A stretch of 63,770 bases of DNA, counting the filler, from Octopus bimaculoides (lineage: Eukaryota), in NCBI RefSeq assembly GCF_001194135.2. It is 8 parts of 7 records of this genome, joined end to end, with 100 filler letters (N's around TTAATTAATTAA, not from the genome) between each part and the next. Parts side by side here need not be neighbours in the genome. Positions count along the whole stretch, not along the records: positions 38,847 to 56,050 come from NC_068981.1; 7 more parts are not named here. The stretch is one strand, 5' to 3'. This document shows positions 38,905-50,563 of this stretch, one piece after another. The first letter of the stretch is position 1; each line of letters starts with the position of its first letter. Both the position numbers and the translations under genes were made by a program. The notes beneath the pieces are model-generated. The model searched no databases and was not told the DNA's origin. It was given only the letters and a program-made list of their open reading frames with translations.

Positions 38905-39095
38905 AGAGAAACTGGACCGAGACAAATTTGTGGGGTATGAGTTGATCTATTTATAGCGTTAAGAGGGCTCCAAATGCCTTCAGAATTTTACTCTATCACG
39001 TGACCTTATTAGGGGCCGTGATTGGTCAGTTTGCGTTCTGGTGGGAACGGTTCGAAGAAGTTGCCGATTCGAATAATAATCAGTCACGTGATGAC
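38905..39095 (-). promoter_or_regulatory. candidate Pol II promoter: E-box, CCAAT, E-box, TATA
   Basis: ATCACGTGAC at 38995-39004 (+) and 39083-39092 (-); GACCAATCA at 39019-39027 (-); TATAAATA at 38948-38955 (-); non-repetitive context. Confidence 0.55.
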
Positions 39096-39379
39096 AAGGA
39101 ATGGGTTCTCTACTACGCTCGCATTTATTTATATTTAAATGAGAAGATTGTATGTAATGGCGATAGTAGTTTGTATCTAATGGCGGGAGGTAGTTTCACT
39201 ACACATATATACATACATGCATTTATGCATACATACATACATGCATGCATACATACATGCATGTATGTATGTATGTATGTATGTATATATGCATGCATGC
39301 ATACATACATGCAAGCAAGCATACATGCATACATAAATATATACATTCATACATACATGTATGTATACGTACATACCCC

Positions 39380-40130
39380 AAATCAATGCTCCAATCCCTA
39401 AAGCTGTACATCAAGGGTCTCCTTATCTCTCCCGTTCCACACAAAGATTTCTACAAATAGCTGGACATTGATGAAAATATATCATACGAAAGTGTTGTGT
39501 ATGAAGATAGAGTGCGCAGAGAATATCATACCACATTTATAGCAGTGGGAACTCTCCTTTTACAGTAAGGATATTCCACAATGCATATGCGATAACATTG
39601 TGGATTTTAACCTTTGAGATACTTAGTTGCTTTGTATAGGAAACCCACAAAACCCGCAAGATCCTGACATGAACAAGAAACTTCCACAGAAACAATGACA
39701 TCGACTGGCTCTGTCGAAGAAGAGATGAATGAGGTAGAGACTTGAGACTGATCTCAAACCTCTACCTCCTTCAGGCAGTCTCCTGCAGACAGTTTTCAAA
39801 TACCGTATAGTCTCTCTCAGACAGCACCTACTAAACAACCAATGCAAAAGTAAATACATAAAATTAGTGCTGAAAAGCGAAGATAACTACATCCTACGTG
39901 TCGGCAGTGAGCTCCACATGAAGCACTCTCTTCCTGACGACCTTCCATACAATCCTAAAAGGGCTGGGCAAATATACCTCAGAGAAGATCTGGATGTGAA
40001 ACTCTCAGCATGACAAAAAAAGTCTATGCGTAGGTATGTTTACCGAAGACTGCATTGTTGATGCGAATATCTCTTCGAAAGTCGAAGAGAAATAAAATCA
40101 CTACGGACAACTGTTTCGAAAGATTATAAA
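39380..40130 (+). mobile_element. Dong/R4-clade non-LTR retrotransposon RT-thumb fragment
   Basis: LDIDENISY; KTRKILT*TRNFHRNNDIDWLCRRRDE*GRDLRLISNLY; RIVSLRQHLLNNQCKSKYIKLVLKSEDNYILRVGSEL. Confidence 0.8.
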
Positions 40131-40929
40131 CTCTATACCCAGATTATAAACTCACATTTATAGTAATAATAATTGGTGGATCCGGGTTGGTGATTGCTCG
40201 CGTTTTCAGAAAAAGAAATCAACCTGCTAATTCGCGCATTATAAATATAATCTGTAAGTGGAACAGTAAAAATATGCAAGACTTTTCTCAAGTTCAAAGT
40301 GTAAATTTGTTTTTGCTATCTACATTCCAACGGTGGTGGTTAGTATCTTTGTTAGAAACCAGCTCCTTCCTCACAGAAGGATTTCAAGTAATTAAAAGCA
40401 AAGGAAAACATACATACATGCACACATACATACATACATACATACATACATACATACATACATGCGTGCGTGCGTAAGTGGAACAATCAAAGTATGCAAG
40501 ACTTTTCTAAAGTTCAGTATGTTGCAGTTATTGTTGTTGTCATCCAACTTCTCCGCGATGGAGCTTTTGTTTCTTTTTAGAAACTAGGTCCTTCCTGCTA
40601 CGAAGAATTCCAATGAATAAAAGAAAGTAAAGACAATGGCACATGCACGCGCACATATATACACACACGCTTGCGCACGTACTCACACATACATACATGC
40701 ATACATGCATATGCATGCATGCATGCATACATACATACATACATACATGCATACATACGTGAGTGTCTACTGCGTTAATACATACATACATACATACATA
40801 CATACGTGTCTACTGCGTAAATACATACATACATACATACATACATACATACATACATACATACATACATAGCTGTTTACTAGTTAAACGAGCATGACTA
40901 TCGCTGGCAACGACAGTAATTTTTGTGCA

Positions 40930-41160
40930 AGGGTTTCAAGCCAAGTGCGTCTTGTATAGCACCACAACACTCACTAGCGATACCCAGATGCCCCGAGACA
41001 AGCAAAGTTCAATATATTCGGCTTAGTAGAGCAACGAGTTTTATATCCGAGTTAGCATTCTCCTAGAGGGATGCCTTGACAAAGACCAGGGATCCCTGAT
41101 TCCCTATGGGTTTCCTACGCCCTCGGCCACCAACCCGAGTATTTCTACATCCCGGCGCAT
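40930..41160 (-). mobile_element. possible RTE-type LINE 5' UTR fragment
   Basis: minus strand gggatgtagaaa..ggttggtggcc..ctctaggagaatgctaactcggat resembles RTE leader sequences (recalled, unverified). Confidence 0.3.
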
Positions 41161-41590
41161 ATGTACATGTATATTCTTAAAGTGAGTTTAATTTGTCCTA
41201 TACTACTTAAGTTGTTATTTTGTTAAATAGCACGATAAGAGTAAAATATAACTAACTAAAAATAAAATAGTGAACATAGCCGTGTGTGTGTTAGCTATTA
41301 TAAGAATTAAAATAAAATAGAAAAGAAACAGTTCTACTGAAGTGATCTGAACCATGAAACTATGGCTTTCCAGGAAACTATGTTGCAAAGTGCTTGCTTA
41401 GCCAAAGGTCTCGAAATCGTGACGAGAATCTTTCTGCTGTTTTATTTTTAGCTATGTTTCATTTTTACTGCTCTATTTTTATCTCTAGAAGATATCCAGT
41501 TATTTAGCGCAGCTGAACAAGTTAAATTATGTTTATAAATATATTATAACATACATGTGCTTGTGCTTATTTCATTTTATATTTTTAAGA

Positions 41591-41656
41591 GAAGAAGAAG
41601 AAGAAGAAGAAGAAGAAGAAGAAGAAGAAGAAGAAGAAGAAGAAGAAGAAGAAGAA
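41591..41656. repeat. (AAG)n microsatellite
   Basis: direct reading. Confidence 0.95.
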
Positions 41657-42486
41657 ATTTGTAAAAAACATTTTAAAATATATTGAAGGTATATGTTAAT
41701 AAGTGAGTTTGAAAGATTGGCCAAAATATATGAATTTACGTAATGCAAATCAGGAAAGAGCGAATAAAAAATGAAGAACAGAGTAAAATAGAATAAAGGG
41801 ACAAGGAAGTGGAAAAGGAAATTAGCAGAAGATATTTTTTACTAACGGAAATATAATGAAGTAGTTGAGTGTGTGAAATAGTCAGAACGTGCAAGAAGAA
41901 TAAGTCGAAAAAGTAAGATAAAAATATGTAAGATCTTCGGTATTGTCACACGAGAAACATGTCAAAAGATGGTGACATACGATCCGATTGTCCTTAGCAG
42001 TAACGAATTGCAAAGCAAATATTTAGAAGCGTGCTTGCAGGGATTTAACAATTCAGCTTCTTCGTTACGTACGCGTGAGTCTTGAAAATGGATTAAAAGT
42101 TGTGCTTAAATACAGATTACAGCATGTTCCAAATTATTTTGAGTGCAACTTAAATAAATTCTTTCAAGAACAACATGAACTTGGATAACCATGTCAAGAA
42201 TATTTTTCTGAGTGTTTAGATGGAAGTGTTTGCTGATAAAAATGAATTTTGAATTTATTTTCCGTAAATCTTTGATCTGTAGATTCATGACAAGCCAATT
42301 CTTTGTTTATAGGACATTACATTGGGCTGCATTTTGATTTTTTTTTTTTTCATGAAAGGTGTCAAATTTATATAATTTAGGGCGCTAATTACAAATTCGC
42401 TCTTAGAATCTGAGCACCACGTCAGTTTTCTTTTTCGTCTTTATTTTTGTTCAGAAACGTATTTTCAAAGCTTAGCCATATAGTGC

Positions 42487-42645
42487 ATACAGGCGCAGGA
42501 GTGGCTATGTGGTAAGTAGCTTACTTACCAACCTCAGTGTTCCGAGTTCAGTCCCATTGTGTGGCACATAGGGCAAGTGTCTTCTACCAAAGCCTTGTGA
42601 GCGGATTTGGTAGACGGAAGCTAAAAGAAGCCCGTCGTATGTATG
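42487..42645 (+). mobile_element. SINE family B, 5' half
   Basis: aggcgcaggagtggctatgtggtaagtagcttacttacc...gaagcccgtcgtatg. Confidence 0.9.
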
Positions 42646-42899
42646 TACAGGTATATTCTTTATGTTGCATGTCTCGTTTTTCTGTTTGTTTGCTTGTTAT
42701 TTTGTTGTTAAAAAAAAGTTCGATTTCGTTTTTCATTGTGTTTAACGATTTTTTTTTATGTCCTGTACCCATATATGCATGTATGTATACATATAGATGT
42801 AGGTATGTACATATATGTATAGATATATGCATATATTTATATATTATTTATATTGTTATATGATCGAGCGCCACGCATCCTTTTCCAAGTAAGTTTTAT

Positions 42900-43575
42900 C
42901 TTAATAATTACGATGCGCACTCTTCTACTATCTCTTCTCTGTCTATCTCTCTCTCCCTCTCTTGTTCTTCATCCTTTCCGTTCTTCTCTCTCTTTCACCG
43001 TTCCCTCTCCCTCTCACTCTTCCTCCTTGACTCTCTCGTCGCTGACACGTGACGAAAGGGGATCGTTCTTTCTGTCCACTTCCTTCCGAAAGAAAAGACG
43101 TGCATTTCCTGTCTCCTCGTGGCTCGTCTACCTAGCGTTCATAATAATTTTTCTATCGTCTTGGCTCAACAGCCCTCACCATTTGTTTTTACTATCTTGT
43201 TCTCACTGTCCTGTTCTTGTTAACACTTTCTCCCTCCGCAAAAAATCTCAAATTTTATTCAATTTGCTTTCCGGGAAGGACTGTTTCAACGAAGTCGCGT
43301 ATTGTCCTTACCTTCAAAATGCGGAGTAGATGAAACAGGGACAACTGTGAGAAGGGGCATATTCTTTATGTTGCATGTCTCGTTTCTCTGTTTGTTTGTT
43401 TTTTTGTTGTTCGAAAAAAGTTCGTTTTCTATGTTTTCGTTTCTCATTGTGTTTAACGTTTTTTTTGTTTTTGTTTTTTTTATGTCCTGTACTAATATAT
43501 GCATGTATATATACATATAGATGTAGGTATGTACATATATGTATGTATATATGCATACATTTATATATTATTTAT
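42900..43575. repeat. unclassified ~650-bp repeat (second copy 58470-59060; 3' part duplicated at 42653-42857)
   Basis: ctctctcgtcgctgacacgtgac vs ctctctcgttgctcgcacgtgac; ccctccgcaaaaatctcaaattttattcaatttgct vs ccctccgcaaaatcccaaattttatttaatttgct; tgtcctgtac..atatatg. Confidence 0.8.
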
Positions 43576-43594
43576 ACTATTATACGTATGTATG

Positions 43595-43805
43595 TATGTG
43601 TGTGTGTCTGTGTTTGTCACCCCCAACGTCGCTTGACAACCGATGCTGGTGTGTTTACGTCCCCGTAACTTAGTGGTTCGGCTAAAAGAGAGCGATAGAA
43701 TAAGTACTAGACTTACAAAGAATAAGTCCTGGGGTCGATTTGCTCCAATATAAAGCGGTGCTCCAGCATGGCCGCTGTCAAATGATTGAAACAAGTAAAA
43801 AGTAT
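43595..43805 (+). mobile_element. SINE family B, 3' half
   Basis: near-consensus tail. Confidence 0.9.
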
Positions 43806-44351
43806 TTTAAAAAAGAGTATAAAAAATAGAGTATTTATATTATACAATAGGTTGTATAGTAATTTTAGCTGTTTCATGGGAAGATCTATCCCTTTTCACC
43901 TACAATTAGACACTACATTAGTTTTATATCTATAAAAATTAAATATATTTTCTAAGAATTTAGAAGAAATTGTTATTCTGTTATACAAATTCGTTCACGT
44001 TCTATTTAACCACGATAAAAGCAATAAAACACATCAAATATCACTGGAATTCCATGTAATCTTAAACAACGTTATTTTGTAAGAAGGAAGGTAACTAATT
44101 CTGCCCGTCTTATCTCAATCTGTTGTAGAGCAAATATAAAAATAAAACGGGCTCAGCAAATACATTGATAAGAAAGCAGCTTTCTGTTCTTGAATTGTTC
44201 AGAATGATACTTCTGTTTTCTTCTATTATTAGGCACTATAAGCACTAGAAATAGTCTGACATCATATTTGCATTCCACTGTCCCTGATATCATTTTTTTT
44301 TTTTTCAGAGTTTTAATGTTTTCTTGGAGATGCTATCAGAACCCCTAAATT

Positions 44352-44545
44352 CTTTTCTACTCTAGACACAAGGCCCGAAATTTTGGGGTAGGGAGCCAGT
44401 CGCAACTGGTATTTAATTTATCGATCCCGAAAGGATAAAAGGCAAAGTCGACCTCGGCGGAATTTGAACTCAGAACGTTAAGACAAACGAAATACCGCTA
44501 AGCATTTCGCCCGGCGTGCTAACGTTTCTGCCAGCTCGCCGCCTT
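44352..44545 (-). mobile_element. SINE family A, short tail, 16-bp TSD
   Basis: tcagaacccctaaatt at 44336-44351 and 44546-44561. Confidence 0.95.
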
Positions 44546-46113
44546 TCAGAACCCCTAAATTGACTTGAGAATAAGTTAAATGGCCATGAAAAAAATACCT
44601 TTTAAACCTCATATTATATCCTAGCTTCTAGAAAGGAAAAAATACTGTATTTACTTGTCTATAAGCCGAACACCTAATATAGAGTTAAATCTGGGTACAA
44701 AATGTTTTCCCTTCATAGTTATAGCTTTGCTCCTTATATAAGTCGCACCCCAGTCTTTTTATATTAAAATCAAGGTAAAATAGTGTGACTTACGCACGAT
44801 TAAATATAGTAGTTTATTCACCAGATCTTTGGTTTTCAGGTTTTTGTTACCCCAATGGGTTTTCACAATTTCTGTGACTGCTATTTAGGTACTTTCTTCA
44901 ACAGGTTTATGCAAACCCATCATTTTTCTATCTTTCAGTAATGTTCAATAATGTTCTTTTTCTTTCTTTAGTCCCATCAAAGATGCCTATCTTCAATTTC
45001 TATTGATTTAGAGCAGGAAATTTTCCACACACATATTTGAGAAACTTACCTTATCTAAAACTTTAATAAATTGTTTCACCAAACTAACTTTAATATACTG
45101 GGAACCAAATATTTTTTGGTTTTACTTGGAGAATGTTCATGATAAGCTTTCCAACATCGAAATCTTTTCTTTCAAGTCATTCCTGTCTCACCTAAAGATC
45201 TCTTATAGCCCGACTGTTCCATAAGCACACTCACAAACACACACACACAACCAAGGATATTTGGTGTAGTCATTTTATTAGCTACGTCGTATGCAAATCA
45301 CTTTCAAATCTCCATATTATTCCTCTATTCGAAGTTGGACAAAAGCTGATGTTATGTTTGGAATCAGTACTCAAAAATTAGCAAGGCATCTGTCTTCACC
45401 TTTAAAAAAGTACATAAGTACTATATCAACATAACATTATCCTGGATACTTACGCTGAATTCCTTTGCAAAGACAGCCGTACATGACTTGAAAGAGATTT
45501 TATTGTAATTTCTAGTACGTCGAGCGACCACATAAAAGTTCCATCTTGTAGGCGCAGTTAGTGAATTCGTTATAATCGGAAGTTAAAACTGAACTGTCGA
45601 ATTCCATGCGTGCCTCTTTAAGCAGAAACCATATTCATTCATCATTGTATAAAATACACCATAAATTTATTTATTTATTTATTTATTCATTCATTCATTT
45701 ATCATGTCGATCTCAGCATTCTTTTAAAGAATAACATTTTTTTTTCTGAAGAAAGACATCTGCTTAAACATATATTTCAATGCCAATTTGATATATTTAT
45801 TACGAAAGTCAAGAGGTGGCTTATCAAAAATGTGATGCGTAAGGGCAGCCGTAATTTCAAAAATTTTAGTCAATTACTCATAGTTTACATGTTTTGTACA
45901 GCTGTACAGCGATAGGACATGTCCATAGATGGCGACAAATGGAATGGTGTGTAGATATAGAAATTAGCTACGAATTAGCCAGCTTCTCGGCTAATTATCG
46001 ATAGTAGAGCAACTTCACTAACATTCACTAGGGTGCAGTGAGTCAATGGTTAGTAATATTGAATAAAAAAAATTGCACCTATCTTATAATGAAGCTATGA
46101 CAAGATGGATAAT

Positions 46114-46317
46114 CTTTTCTACTCTAGGTACAAGGCCGAAATTTTGGGAGAGGTGCCAATCGATTAGATCGACCCCAGTACGCAACTAATACTAAATTTA
46201 TCGACTCCGAAAGGATGAAAAGCAAAGTCGACCTCGGCGGACTTTGAACTCAGAACATGAAGACAAACGAAATACCACTAAGCATTTCGCCCGGCGTGCT
46301 AACCTTTCTGCCGCCTA
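46114..46317 (-). mobile_element. SINE family A, short tail, 17-bp TSD
   Basis: atgacaagatggataat at 46097-46113 and 46318-46334. Confidence 0.95.
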
Positions 46318-46699
46318 ATGACAAGATGGATAATGGTTGGCTTCAAATAAAGCTTGCTTCGTTTACATGTTTAATAAATGCATAGATTGGAAAGAAACTC
46401 TTGTGGTATTTCAAGATGGGAAAGAAACTATTGCTTCTTAGGTCTTAATTGATATATTTAATCAAGATAACATTATTGATAACATAATTCTATTTGTCAA
46501 ATTGTTGATCCTTGGAGTGTAAAGTTCTTGACGTTTCAAAGTAAAATAAAAAAAGAAAAAATCACTCGAAATAGTTTTTAACCTCTTCACAATCAATAAA
46601 CTGTTTTCCCTCTAAATTTTATTGTGATGATTTGAAAGTATAATAGTCAAGTGGAGCAAGGTCGGATGAGTACGAAGGATGAGGTAAACTTCCATATTT

Positions 46700-47060
46700 A
46701 GTACTATAATCTTTTATCTGGGTGACTTGGGTAATATGTGGTCATGCATTATCGTGTAAGAAGAACATCCCTTTGCAAATGACCAATGATGGGCACTTTT
46801 CCCGCAAACTTTTGTGCAATGCTTCCAATTGACAACAATACTTCACATTAACTGTTTTGTCTTGGTTTAACATTTCACGATAGGCGACACCCTTCATATT
46901 GCACCAAACGCGGAGTATAACATTTGGGGGATGTAATCCTGGTTTGGGAATAAATTCTCCTTTTCCACTGGATGTGTAGCACTTGTATGGAGACGGGTCA
47001 CTGATTTATAGCCTTATGGCAAGACTTGGTGTCAGTTTATATGCAATATTTATTGCTACA
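46700..47060 (-). mobile_element. mariner (DD34D) transposase catalytic fragment
   Basis: PKPGLHPPNVILRVWCNMKGVAYREMLNQDKTVNVKYCCQLEALHKSLREKCPSLVICKGMFFLHDNA*PH. Confidence 0.85.
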
Positions 47061-47319
47061 TTTTATTACAAGTCTTCATGAAAATACAGAGTCGATCTTA
47101 TATGAACATCGTAGTTTACAGATGCTGAAGGTTTTCACAGATAATTAATGATTAAGCTGATCTTTCACATCGCTACTAAAACGTTTGGCTGAGTTAATTT
47201 CTTCATTTGTCTCCGAGTTGGTATAGATCTGCGAGAAGAGCTATTAGAAAAATAGTGCTGATTTGAGTATGCAAATGTGAAAAACAGCTATAAGAGAGGA
47301 ATTTACGGGGAACCATAAC

Positions 47320-48030
47320 GAAACAGGGTCCCAATTCCCTTTAATAATCACGCCAAAAACGGTTGCTTTTAAGGCCGTCGCTGAAAGAACATTCTGGAAC
47401 TTATCACGTGAGCAATCAGTTCTTTTTGGCTGAAATTGGGGTCTGCACGCATAGTAAACTCACGATTTACATGTGATCAGAAGATGGGAGGTGAAGTCAA
47501 CTGCCATAGGTGCTAACCATTGTCGTTTTCGTTGGACATGATTATAGAGGATCCACTTTTTATCAATGGTGATGATTCTTCCCAAGAAAAGCTCAGTAAC
47601 AAGTCTACTCTTCACTGACGAGCAAAGAGTAACTCTTTGGTTAAGCTGAGAACAGTCGGATGATGAGAGGCCTGCTGGTCAAGTTTAGACATTTTCCCTA
47701 GATCATGAAGGTGTTTTATGATCGAAGTGTAACTCGGATTTAACTGTTTTGCTAATTTTCGTGCAGTTTGCTTTGAATTTTCCTCACCTATGGTTTTCGG
47801 GAGCTTAATATTGACAGAACTTTTTCGTCCTGATCGAGCGGGATCTGCGAGAGAAAAATTTTCCAAATGTGAGAATGGCTAAATCATTATTGGCATGCCC
47901 GGACACTTAAACCATCATTTCCAGAGATAGAATGAATATTTCTTGTTGCTTCCATTGTTGTAGGGACCCTTTCAAAATTCATACAGCATGTAGTATCTGA
48001 TTTGAGACTGATCCAAACTCATTTTAAAAA
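47320..48030 (-). mobile_element. mariner transposase relic, N-terminus to mid catalytic domain
   Basis: QIRYYMLYEF..EATRNIHS; ENFSLADPARSGRKS..TARKLAKQLNPSYTSIIKHLHDLGKMSKL. Confidence 0.85.
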
Positions 48031-49193
48031 GGTGAAATCGATACGAATGTCACGAGGTGTGATTACCAATGTCACGATGGTGATAGAACGAAAGATGTGA
48101 GATGCTAGTGGTTGAGTTGGATTCAGGCTGTGTATAATAAATGCACACTACTTTTAAACAATTGACCAAATTTTATTCACCGCACGAAATAATCTTCATG
48201 TTGGTCTCCAATTTAAAATGCAACAACAAAGTCAAAACACTGGAAGAAGAATTCTGTAGTTAATACAACATAGTTAGTTAAGTAGGCTCTGTAAATAAGC
48301 TGTCACAACATGAGAAAAATACCACGCTGGATTCATGTCTGCAAAATTGTAGCTACTGTCTTCTCGGTTGAGTAAGGAGTCATTAAAACGACTGTTAAAT
48401 GCAACAAGTGAGAATGTGGTTTGCTTGGCGGCGATAGTCCACCAATTGAAATTTGGCGCCCAAAGCATGCCTATTAATAAGCCTTATTAAGGGACGTTCA
48501 AGAAGGTTCTAGAAAGTAGTATTACGTGATGTCTCGATGCTGATCAATCAATTATTCGGCCGATCATATGAAATACCTGTTATTAAGCCATGATTTTAAC
48601 GTGGTAATTTGCCGATTCAGTTCCGAATCTGCTGCACGAATTGATCCACTATGGTATAACGTAATCTGCAAAGGAAAAAACATTAGAATGTAAAAATTAA
48701 AGCTTATTTTACAATAAGAACGGAAAAAGTAGTCTCAAAATGATCATGTCAAAAATACAGCAGAACTTTTTTCCAGCCCAGTAGTTCTTTCTGTCTCTAG
48801 CTGCTTTATCATTGGTGATCCTCTGGTTCAAGAGCGTGAACACCAAGTGACTATGTGTTTTTCGCCGCAACTACATGAGCACCTAAAACAATGGAAAAAG
48901 CACGGTGCGTGAGAAGGGGAAAAATTTAATGGTGATGGATAAATGGCAAAGGTAGTAGGCTTGGAAAGCTTGAAGCTTCTTGTGGGAGGACTACAAGCTA
49001 GTGAGTTGAGTGTGATGTTGGTGGGTGGATGCTAGATTGGGATCTACCCAAGGTCCTGCACAGATGACCAGTTAACTCTGTTTAGGGATTACGATGTTTT
49101 CCCCGATTCTGGGGGCATCTTGATAAAAAGAAAGATAAAAATTGCCCACTCAACTTGAGTCTCTATTTTTTATGCTCAGTATAAAGAAAGAAG

Positions 49194-49406
49194 GTGGCGA
49201 GCCAGAAGAATTGCTAACACGCCGGGCAAAATGCGTAGGGGCATTTCGTCCGTCCTTACGTTCTGAATTCAAATTCCATCGAGGTCGACATTGACTTTCA
49301 ACCTTTCAGGGTCGATAAAATAAGTAACAGTCAAGCACTGGGGTCGATATAATAGACTTACCCACTCTCGCGTGCTTGCTGGCCTTGTGCCAAAATTTGA
49401 AACCAA
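49194..49406 (+). mobile_element. SINE family A, gctggccttgtgccaaaa tail, 14-bp TSD
   Basis: tataaagaaagaag at 49180-49193 and 49407-49420. Confidence 0.95.
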
Positions 49407-50254
49407 TATAAAGAAAGAAGAAAACACTTCAGTACGATGTTGAATATAGCTAATTCAGGAATGTCTGAATGAAGAACTGCTATAGTTGATAGAGAATCTA
49501 TGTGCTATGATATACATAGTGTTGCGCAGTCAGAAACATGACTGAAAAAACGGAGAGTTACAAGTGCAGAACGACTGGTTGGAATGAAATTGATATTGAC
49601 CTAGCACTCGCGAACACTCTTATCAGCAAACTACTGTCGCTTCCTGTTAGGCTATAGATTTGTCTTGACTACAAATTAAAATGTGACTGTTTTAGCATCC
49701 TTGTCTCTATGGTGACAACAAACAAAATAAGGAGAAATCTTTCTTATGATTCACTACAAACAACCGATAAACAATTTGTCTTTGGCGATTTCTAACGCAA
49801 TAGTGAGAAGAGATTACCAAAAAGAGCCAGCTTTACACCAAATAGAGTCAACTAAAACAATCGCCTTCTTCCAGTTACCCTAAAAGTGGTTTTGCGGCTT
49901 GTTTAGTTCATGGTCGAAGCAATGGAATCTGTTAGACTGCGTCCTTACCGCTAAGGACAGTGTAACAATGACGAAAAAAATCGTAACTTAAGGTGGGTGA
50001 TTTCTCTTGATTGGGATCGGGGAGCAAATTCGGATTATCACCCTTAAACTGTAATTTATTTCCATCAGTTTTAGAACAATTGATTTAGTCCACTTGAGGG
50101 TGCTTCTAATTATATAACTATTGTTTTGTTTCCACTACAACGACAGAGCACTTACCTTTTCCTTTGCGACTGTCATCTTTCATGATACACCATGTTTGAT
50201 CCATAACAGTTGCTCTATATTTTGCGTGTGTGCACATTCAATATAGTAAGTTAC

Positions 50255-50325
50255 GGGCATATGGCGTAGTGGTTAAGAGCGCGGGCTACTAACCCCAAGA
50301 TTCCGAGTTCGATTCCAAGCAGTGA

Positions 50326-50397
<72 letters not shown>

Positions 50398-50563
50398 CAA
50401 CAACAACAACATCGAAAAATACCTTAGGAATGAGAACTCAGGTTCGAAATTTCCCCAAGACACCTGATGAAGGCTGGAGGGTATATCTGCCGAAACGCTG
50501 TGTTAACAACAAACAAGATGAGGACAAATATCCGTTAAAATGTATATAATCTAAATAATGTAC
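50255..50563 (+). mobile_element. tRNA-headed SINE with (AAT)n spacer and hammerhead-ribozyme tail
   Basis: A-box TGGCGTAGTGG 50262-50272; B-box GTTCGATTCC ~50307-50316; 8-bp TSD taagttac at 50247-50254 and 50564-50571. Confidence 0.85.
50459..50504 (+). ncRNA. minimal (Penelope-type) type I hammerhead ribozyme; this copy is mutated
   Basis: stem I gacac/gtgtt; core CTGATGA 50464-50470 plus an extra A; stem II ggctg/ctgcc (1 mismatch); GAAAC 50492-50496; GCT where GTH is expected. Confidence 0.7.

Noticed and set aside
50255-50327. tRNA gene (ACT anticodon loop)
   Set aside because: The acceptor and T stems pair poorly, and the sequence lies inside a TSD-bounded composite repeat, so it is a SINE head.
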